Origin: Octopus sinensis
Taxonomy: Eukaryota
Assembly (NCBI RefSeq): GCF_006345805.1
Contig: NC_043005.1
Span: 41,850,001-41,914,000 of the forward strand
DNA length: 64,000 nucleotides
Direction: 5' to 3'
A program made the translations under genes and the position numbers. Shown here piece after piece: positions 55,129 to 64,000 of the stretch (within the stretch, counting starts at the first letter, position 1; every line of letters starts with the position of its first letter). Below the pieces are notes generated by a model. That model was not told where the DNA came from and did not search any database. It was given only the letters and a program-made list of their open reading frames with translations.

Positions 55129-56707
55129 CTAATACTCAAGAGTATGTAAATTTACCGAGAGAGATTGACCAGCTTTTAACATAATTTATTATCTCAAAGA
55201 AGAAGAGATTGTTATAGCAGATATAGAAGTGTGGTAAATGGGGGTGGCGTAAGCGTGAGAGAAACTAGAATACTTTTTATGGTTGGTGTTTATGGCAGTT
55301 GTTGGTGTAGTGAATTTTCTTGCGTGTGCTCTGCACAGAGTGTCAGTTTGTTAGAGAATCAGCAGCTAATAGATTGCTTTGAAAATTTGTAGAAATCTGT
55401 CGCGATACGAGCGCAATTACAAATCAATAGTCAACACTCTCGATGGAAATTTTATAGAAGGTTCGAATTCATAACTTGCGATTACAGAGATCAAGTGCAG
55501 TGTTTATTGGTGTGCATTTGGGCCAATGCTAGCGATATACAGAAAAGTATACTCGCTAAACCAAAGGTACATTCACCTACATGCTCACTACCATCCACCT
55601 TGTATTTAACTATCCTTTGCTTTTCTGATGGGTTACTCATCGTGGAGTAAGCGCACATGTGCTTGAAGAAATCGATGTGGAATCCACGAAGTTTTAAAAT
55701 GTAGAGCTTTATGCATGTTAGTCGCATTTTATGGGTTTTGCTTGTTTGGAGCAGTGCAGAAGCGTTTTATTTTTGTTTATTCTAGTCGGTGTGTTTTTAG
55801 AATTTTCATATCATTTACTACAATTAAGAGATAACTAGCATGGCACATGCAATTTTCCTTTGCGTCTGTGGTAATTTGCATCATTGTTGCCTGTATTGCT
55901 GCAGGAAAACGGTTGATGTTGTTACTCCTCATACGTTCGGCTGTCGGTTGTGCTTCCACCAAAGCGAGATAGAAATTCGCAGTCTACGGCTATTTGATCC
56001 TTGTTCCTATACCTGTGCTTTTCAAATTATAATCATTGTCTTTGATTGGTTTCTCTGTTGTTGAGCTCAAGAATGCAGTTCGTAATGAAATGTTTGCCTT
56101 CGCATATTGGGGTTTGTACAGGTGTACAAGCTCTCTTCATCGTTTCAGCAGTGCTTTGGTTATTAGGTCTTCAGTCCTAGTGTTATTCGCTCGCAATAGA
56201 ATCACCTTGTTTATCCTTTTATCTCGACACTTGCAGTTCTATAAATGCCGCAGTTGATATCGTCGGGAAGTTTCTGATGTGCTCTATTTCCTGTGCAGGA
56301 TTTAGGTTGAGCGGCAATAGGAGAATTAAACGAGCTTGACGTTGGCGGAGAGATTTTATTACTTAAGTAGAAAAGCATGGCACAATCTGTTCTGTATTTC
56401 TTTGAATATTACGGTTCTGAGCATTCCCGTTTGCTGACTAGTTATCAGAGGACACGTAAGTGGCTTCCTTCTCCAATTCATAGAATAGAATAGGAAAACA
56501 TATTCTTTCTATTTTACACATATTAATAGCATAAAATAATATTTTTACATTCATATTTTACTCATTCCAAGGTTTTATGATATTTACCATTTATTCCAGT
56601 TTTCATTTATGTTATGCTTTATACAAAACAGATATTGTTTAATTAATGTCGACCTGTCAATGCACAAATATGTAAATTAGATCATCCACAACGGACCAAC
56701 GTAATTT

Positions 56708-56868
56708 GGTTTCAAATTTTGGCACAAAGCCAGCAAGTTCGCGAAAGGGAACAAGTTTATTACATCAACCCCAGTACTTAACTGGTACTCATACTTTCGA
56801 CCAAGAACGTAAAGATGAAATGCCGCTAAGCATTTCATCCAGTGAGTTAACTATTCAACCACCTCACG
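56708..56868 (-). mobile_element. Degenerate family B SINE
   Basis: tttcaaattttggcacaaagccagcaa...ccccagtac...aactggtac...cgctaagcatttc. Confidence 0.7.
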
Positions 56869-57320
56869 GACTAACCTAATTTAAGATTGCTTTATATAAC
56901 AGCTATAATGCTCTGTACTGGGAAGGGTCTATGACTGGGAAAGAAGCTGGGTACTTCTCTCAGGAGTATGTCTGTATGTGTGTATGCGTACTTGAAAATT
57001 ACAACCTCCCTGTTGTTGAGATATACAAGTAAAAACATCCTTTTTATGCTATATCAACATCATAGAAATATCTTTACATTCTCATTTCACCAATACTGAA
57101 ACTTTCTAATACGCGCGCGCGCAAACACACACACTCACACTCGCACATATGTCATAGCGACAGAAATAGTATTAAAACATCCCCTCAAGGTAAATAGTGC
57201 AATATTCTGTGTTTTAATACAATCGCCACATTAATTTGGAGTTCAAAATTGCTTTATTCATACACACACACAATGCATACATACATATATAAACCTACAT
57301 ACATATATATATATACATAT

Positions 57321-57507
<187 letters not shown>

Positions 57508-58064
57508 TATACATGCATACATACACTTATATATGTAATATATATATATAATTTTCATTCGTTGAATAAATTGTTATCAAGAAATGGAAAGCATATCGTC
57601 CGCTAGGTTTTCCCGAATAATTTCCATAATAATGAGTATATATAAGTGTGTGTTGGAATTTAGTGATTCCTTGTCATGTCAGAGGAAAGAGGAAAAGAGA
57701 AAATATTAATCGTTGGCTTTACCTTCAATAGCACTGTTTGGATATTTTCTTCCTAAGTAACATTTTACTCTTCTGTTCGGCTGTCTTGAATATTGACAAA
57801 AGACGACAGTTCGAAGCATCAATATTTCTTACTTTCCTTGCAAGTGCAATGAATTAAACTTACTACTCTTTTCTTTAATGCTTCCATTCCCTTCGGATGT
57901 GTTTGCTTAAGGCGATGATGCAGAAAAACCCAAGATTATCATACTGAATTTATTATATATAATAAATAACTCTTTTCTGCATTTGTATTTTGTGAATTCA
58001 GATGTGGACATATAAAAACATATATGCATACACACATACATACAAACATATACGCATATATATA

Positions 58065-58184
<120 letters not shown>

Positions 58185-58304
58185 AAAGGGCTTAGTAAAA
58201 TAACTTTGCCGCATACTGAACTCGTTAGAATAGCAGCTAGAAAAACTTTTTATAAACTATTTCTAACACTTAAAGAAAACCTCTCTCATATAGTGTTTGC
58301 ATTC

Positions 58305-58357
58305 TGAGCTGATGAGAGAAGGGTCGATTTTGACTAATCTTGAAACGTACGTACTCA
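58305..58357 (+). ncRNA. Minimal type I hammerhead ribozyme, copy 1
   Basis: UGAG-CUGAUGA-GAGA(AGG)GUC GAUUUU GAC(UAA)UCUU-GAAAC-GUAC-GUA-CUCA; palindromic loop III. Confidence 0.88.
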
Positions 58358-58867
58358 AATAACCTTTGCATTTGATTTTTTAATGTCTCTACCCCCATAC
58401 TTCCTTGAGTTGAATTGAGCAAACACTATATGAGAGAGGTTTTCTTTAAGTGTTAGAAATAGTTTTATAAAAAGTTTTTTTAGCTGCTATTTCTAACGAG
58501 TTCAGTATGCGGCAAAGTAATTTATTTTACTAAGCCCTTTTATATAATGTAATAATTTGAATTCGCCTTAAATGGTCCCTTTGCATACTGAATACTTGGT
58601 GAAATTGATTAATTAATTAATTAATTTTACCCTCAATTGTTGAAATTATAATTCATCTCTCTCTACTTAATGTCTCGGATTTTACCGAAAAAAACATAGT
58701 GTTTGCTGATTTTAACCCACGCTGGTGGAAAGGGGAGAGCAGAAATTCTTCGCTTGCATATTTGAGTTTGTTGGCACTGTTAGTTTGGAACAGATCTTCA
58801 GAAGCGATAACAAGCCGAAAGGGTATGCTCCCATTTTCAGTGTTTTCAGATTCAAACAAGGGCATTC

Positions 58868-58920
58868 TGAGCTGATGAGAGAAGGGTCGATTTTGACTAA
58901 TCTTGAAACGTACGTACTCA
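58868..58920 (+). ncRNA. Minimal type I hammerhead ribozyme, copy 2
   Basis: Identical to 58305-58357. Confidence 0.88.
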
Positions 58921-59205
58921 AATAACCTTTGCATTTGATTTTTTAATGTCTCTACCCCCATACTTCCTTGAGTTGAATTGAGCAAACACTATATGAGAGA
59001 GGTTTTCTTTAAGTGTTAGAAATAGTTTTATAAAAAGTTTTTTTAGCTGCTATTTCTAACGAGTTCAGTATGCGGCAAAGTAATTTATTTTACTAAGCCC
59101 TTTTATATAATGTAATAATTTGAATTCGCCTTAAATGGTCCCTTTGCATACTGAATACTTGGTGAAATTGATTAATTAATTAATTAATTTTACCCTCAAT
59201 TGTTG

Positions 59206-59265
<60 letters not shown>

Positions 59266-59500
59266 GAATTATTACATATTCATTTCATGGCATACGTAAA
59301 TTATTACATTTTCATGCGTGTACGCACTGCGCACTCTTACAACTTTCGCACACTGGAAAAAGTACATACTCTCTCACAAGCGGTTGTATATAACGGTGAA
59401 AGTAAATTAAAATATCAACTGTGCCACTAAAACCATTTATTTGATGGTTATTTATTTCTAATACAATCAGTATACACATTTCAGAATTAATCTTATTCTA

Positions 59501-60065
59501 TTGGATTGTCCGGGAAGTCCGTGCCGATTTTTAAAGGAAAGAAAAAGGTCAATAAATACTTGACATTACATTTTTAATCAACCAAATACGAACCATTTCG
59601 TTGCACAATGCATCTCCATCTTTCCTTTAACTTGAAAATACCCTCTTCCCAGAATTGAGGTGGTTTCATGGCAAAGAATTTACCAAGGTATCTTTTACGT
59701 CATCCAAGGAATTGAAATTTTTACCATTAAGACTATTCTGCAGAGATCTGAACAAGTGGAAATCCGAAGGAGCAATATCTGGTGAATATGGAGGGTAGGG
59801 TAGCACATCCCTGCCGAGCTGCAGCAATTATAGTCTGGTCCCCAAAGCATCTAGTGCCGAAAATGAACTTTCTTATCTTCCATTTTAAAGGGTTACAGAA
59901 TTAACACATGTTATAGGAACATAAACCTTCTTCCACAAAAAGATAGCTTAAACTGTGCTCTAAATGAAGGTGTAGTCAAATCCTATTTTATGGACTCAAC
60001 CATGTTCTAAAATAAGTCGAAATGTAAGCTGCTATAAATCGGCACGAACTTTCCGGACAATCCAA
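59501..60065 (-). mobile_element. Internally deleted mariner (DD34D) element
   Basis: TA-ttggattgtccgggaagtccgtgccgattt...aaatcggcacgaactttccggacaatccaa-TA; PYPPYSPDIAPSDFHLFR on minus strand. Confidence 0.92.
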
Positions 60066-60186
60066 TAATTACAGGAGGAGCTCCTGGATTTCATCGCCCA
60101 CATATATACTTTCTCATTGGTAATGTTTTTTTGTGTATATGCTTAAATGTATTCGTTTTCGTAAATAAATTACACTTCATATTTGA

Positions 60187-60267
60187 GGCTCCGATGAAGC
60201 TATAAGGTGTCACTTTAGCTTTCAACTACGAATCGACTGCATCTTAAAGCGGAAACAGCTGTAAGCT
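60187..60267 (+). ncRNA. Type I hammerhead-like motif (core variant CCGAUGA)
   Basis: GGCU-CCGAUGA-aGCUaUAAGGUG...CAUCUUAaAGCg-GAAAC-AGCU-GUA-AGCU. Confidence 0.65.
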
Positions 60268-60839
60268 AAGGGACTTCATAAGATAATCGTTTATTTCTTT
60301 TATCATCTTTTTTTCTTATTACCACTTTGTACCCGACAAAAGTTTCGTTCAGAAGCATACATATATTGAGTTCTACACTAGGTTGTTAGTATCACAATGT
60401 CTTAGCAAAATGTATATATATTCGTAACTTTGGAATGTGTGCAGAATAAAGAAGAATGTAAGACTCGGAGAACAGTCGTGAATATCATTCAAAAATCGAA
60501 TGAACTTTGGTATCTTTATTAAGTTATTCAAAGAAGGGAGAACTGTTTCTTAGAAGAATTTTAGTATAGACTAGAGAGATGATCTTCAGCCACTTCAAGG
60601 GAAACATAGCATAAATATAATAAGAAGTTTCAAACCTTACTAAAAATAATGAGTTGTGTAGAGAAAATATACTTGAATAACTGCAGAAACATCGTATTAG
60701 ATTCTTCAGTTAATGAAGGTGGTAAAAATCGCTTGATCGCCTATTCAGTACACCGCACCGCATATAAATGAAACATCAGGAATGATGAGAAATTCAACAG
60801 TACTGAAATGTGGTTAAATGAAAATAAAATCAAATATTC

Positions 60840-61260
60840 TGAAGGGATGCATCATTGATAGAATAAACAGTGCTTTTTAGTGAGTCACGTAGCCGAGTTA
60901 TGATCAGTCAACTCTGTTACAATATATAACCATATTACAGAGTTAACTTACTACCTAACCATGATAATAACGTATATGAGAAATACATGAATAAGTACTA
61001 TAGCAATGTAGGTATTGCTATAGCAAAATCAATGACGTTGACACTAACGAAGCTAATGCCGAAGATCAGGCACGGATATCGGCTGATCGCATGTCAGAAT
61101 CTAATGTAAAAACTCTGCACAAGTTGTTCGAACTTATTTCTTCGAGATCTCTTTGAAGTCAATGTGATTACAGAAGAAAATGCAAGAGAAAAAAAAAGTT
61201 ATGGTTGTGCAGAACAACTTTTGATGGAGAAAACTTTGATACTTGAAATAAATCAATAGC
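60840..61260 (+). mobile_element. Highly degenerate R4/Dong-like RT fragment
   Basis: YRLIACQNLM*KLCTS (~61076-61125) and ITEE...SYGCAEQLLMEK (~61166-61235), parallel to the motif at 47780-47845. Confidence 0.6.
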
Positions 61261-62293
61261 TATAGAATATGGCATAGGTTTATGTAGACGACTAAAAGGC
61301 ATGTCTTTCTATCGTCTATTCTGGAATACTAGAGTTAGAAAAAAATCTACAAATAATCAGCAAGTTAGTTATTGAGAAATAGTTGCATAGTTATAGTGGA
61401 ACAGTTTAAATATAAAAATAGAGAGCTTTCACAGAAGATTGTCTTCACAATAGTTCTCTTTCTGCTTGTGATAACTCACCTGTCTGAGCCGTTAAGGTGA
61501 AGGAATCCTATATAAGGTGATAAATGCTTATATTAGAAGATGATAAGTTCTGTGCAAAAAAAAAAAGCTAACTTTAATAATCAGTGTAAATAAAATGAAA
61601 TACTTGAATTATATTCTGTATGAATAAACTGAAATGCTTGGTAAGAATATAAACACATCTTTCTTGCCATAACATCATTCAGCTCTATTTGACGAAGAAA
61701 AGAATTCATATTAGGATTGTATTTGTATGCATAAAAGAGTGAACTGTTTTTAAAAAATTTAAAAAAAAACAAACAAAAAAAAGTCGATTATTCTGCGCCA
61801 GTTATAACACCAATCAAATGAATATCGAAATAAAAAGAACCCGCCAGCACTTCAAAAACATAGAGTACAGAACCATCGATAATAATATATTTTTGTACCT
61901 TCATATTGTAAATCTAGCACTCTGTCAGTATGTGTAGTATACCGATAATTCGAATATAGAGGACATTCTCACAAAATTGGTTGCATTTTAAATATTTTGG
62001 TTCCATATGGTGAAAGAATTGTTTTGGACAACACGTTTTGTGACTTCAAGGTTAAATGAAACTTGTTTTGAAATGCATCTTGCTACAAAAACAAAAGTTT
62101 TATTGTGGTTGAATTTAAAACACCTTATTAAAAAATAAAACTTGGATCACAAATATTGACTACAGTCCTCTAAAATATCACATTTAGCACAGTTTAGAAG
62201 CAAATATAATGTGTAATTTATTGCATATTTGTGCAACAGACTCTTGAAAATGCAATTAGCTGCAAATGTATAGAGGGGCGAAAATGATGAGCG

Positions 62294-62335
<42 letters not shown>

Positions 62336-62337
<2 letters not shown>

Positions 62338-62413
62338 ACAATTGAGGGTAAAATTAATTAATTAATCAATTTCACCAAGTGTTCAGTATGTAAAGGACTT
62401 TGAATTCGCCTTA
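62336..62413 (-). repeat. Terminal fragment of the 58178-59213 family
   Basis: caacaattgagggtaaaattaattaattaatcaatttcaccaagt is the reverse complement of 59156-59205; between (TA)n tracts. Confidence 0.85.
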
Positions 62414-62439
62414 TATATATATATAAATAGTATACATAA

Positions 62440-62582
62440 GCGCAGGCATGGCTGTGTGATAAGAAGCTTGCTTCCCAATCATTTAGTTTTGGGTCTCACT
62501 CCTACTACATGGGACATTGGGCAAGTGACTTGTGAGTGGACCTAGTAGATAGAAACTGAGAGAAGTTTGTAATGTGTGTGTG

Positions 62583-62620
<38 letters not shown>

Positions 62621-62626
62621 ACGCGC

Positions 62627-62692
<66 letters not shown>

Positions 62693-62900
62693 TTGTGTGT
62701 TTGTGTCCCATCACCACTTGACAACTGGTACCGTTTTCTATACTGTCCTGTAATTTAGCTCTTCGGCAAAAAGGGAACCGATAGAAAATGAACCAGTTTT
62801 AAATTAATAAGCACTGGGGTTGATTGTTCGACGAAATCCTGTAAAGTGGTGCCACAGCATAGCCGAAAACCCAAAGACTGAAACAAGTAAAAGATGAAAG
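62440..62900 (+). mobile_element. SINE family A
   Basis: gcgcaggcatggctgtgtgataagaagcttgcttcccaa...(TG)n...gactgaaacaagtaaaag. Confidence 0.85.
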
Positions 62901-63440
62901 GTAAAATCTCTCAACTTTTGTGATCAAACTTCGCATGACCAAACTTCGCTGATAAAACTTTGTATGTTGATGTTCGGGCTAAGTTGTATACAGATTTCCT
63001 AATTATGTATTAAATTTTCTCAAATATGCAAATAGATACCCTCACTTTTCAGAGTTTCATCAAAGTTACATTCCTTAATAATCCTGTTATGTTTTAATAT
63101 GTTCGTTGGGAATGTATTATCGTATCTGTCAACTGAAAGCATCTCTTTCAATGAAATATACACTTATACAGCTGCAGATGACATTTCTCGATCATTTCTT
63201 TGTGTGCTAATCTCGTTATGCACAAAATCTAAGAGCAAGCACTAGTAAAAAGCATATATTGTGTAGTTCAAAAAGAAATGAAGAAATGACTAGTGCATTA
63301 CATCGGTTAGAAAAGGTGTTTATGGCAAAAAAAATTTCGTATGCTTCAAGTAATCTCTAGCACTGTGAAAGGAATTATTTTTGAAAGTTGGATACGTGGC
63401 AACATTTATAGAATCTATGGCACATAGAGTCATACTGATA

Positions 63441-63953
63441 TCTATATATATAAAACAGTAGTTGTGTGAGTGTCTGTCCTCTTCGATTTAGATTCCTAAC
63501 TACTCCCACATTTTGCGGTGCAGTTTAACCAAATTCGGGTATCTTATAGTCGTGATTCATATCAAGCCCGTCTGAGTATTAGCGCGCGTCTACAATGAGT
63601 CTACGATTTTAAAAATAATTTAACATCATTTTTTATTCCATTTTAATGCATAATTTTTCGTGTGTCGATGGCGGCGGAGTTGGCGTCCATGGTCACACCT
63701 GCACCTGTTTGCTTCTCCCCCTTCTTCCCTCCCTCGTGAAGCTGACGGGAAGGGAGTGTAAGGAAATCAACGTCGTAAACCGTTGTCAAGGAGACCAGCG
63801 TTCTTTTAGAACAACGACTTCATGGCTTGAAGACACCAAAACAGAAATGGCTAAGAAAGCCCGAATTGGCATCTATAAGGGAAGTAACTCTCTAAAAATG
63901 CTTATATAGTTATTTCCCTTACAAAGCCGAGCAACGCCGGGCGATACTGCTAG
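63441..63953 (+). mobile_element. Non-autonomous Helitron
   Basis: A|TCtatatatataaa 5' end; subterminal hairpin ccgagcaacgccgg; CTAG|T 3' end. Confidence 0.8.
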
Positions 63954-64000
63954 TAATTCATTAACTGCTCTTGTATATACACCCTAGATCCGCGTCATTG

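Noticed and set aside
55200-56400. Complex sequence resembling a decayed LINE ORF1 or host exon
   Set aside because: No continuous frame or diagnostic motif could be supported
58653-58985. 110-aa non-repetitive ORF
   Set aside because: TTG start, antisense to the hammerhead repeat, no recognisable domain
63978-63992. accctagatccg resembling miR-10
   Set aside because: Mismatched, no mature-sequence match and no visible precursor hairpin

Overview
AT-rich, non-coding eukaryotic DNA saturated with microsatellites ((TA)n, (CA)n, (ATAC)n, (AAT)n, (TTC)n) and transposable elements. The SINE repertoire resembles the octopus tRNA-derived families, so an Octopus/cephalopod intergenic or intronic region is inferred. 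No host exon could be supported; most of the ORF track is microsatellite translation. Recognisable elements: three Penelope-like (RT + GIY-YIG) relics, RLE-type LINEs (R4/Dong-like, HERO-like), CR1, RTE and Tx1/L1 fragments, a full-length IR/DR Tc1, mariner derivatives, MITEs, Helitron-type elements and about 20 SINE copies. The main unexplained signal is hammerhead-ribozyme (HHR) motifs in several unrelated repeat families: a 563-bp-period tandem with two intact minimal HHRs (58.2-59.2 kb), an inverted pair with a compensatory stem change (8.7/10.9 kb), a Penelope 3' HHR (52.9 kb), an orphan HHR (60.2 kb), a tRNA-headed SINE with an HHR-like tail, and a HERO-like 3' UTR whose three HHR strands lie in a non-standard, pseudoknotted order. 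All structures were read by eye and coordinates of degenerate elements are approximate.
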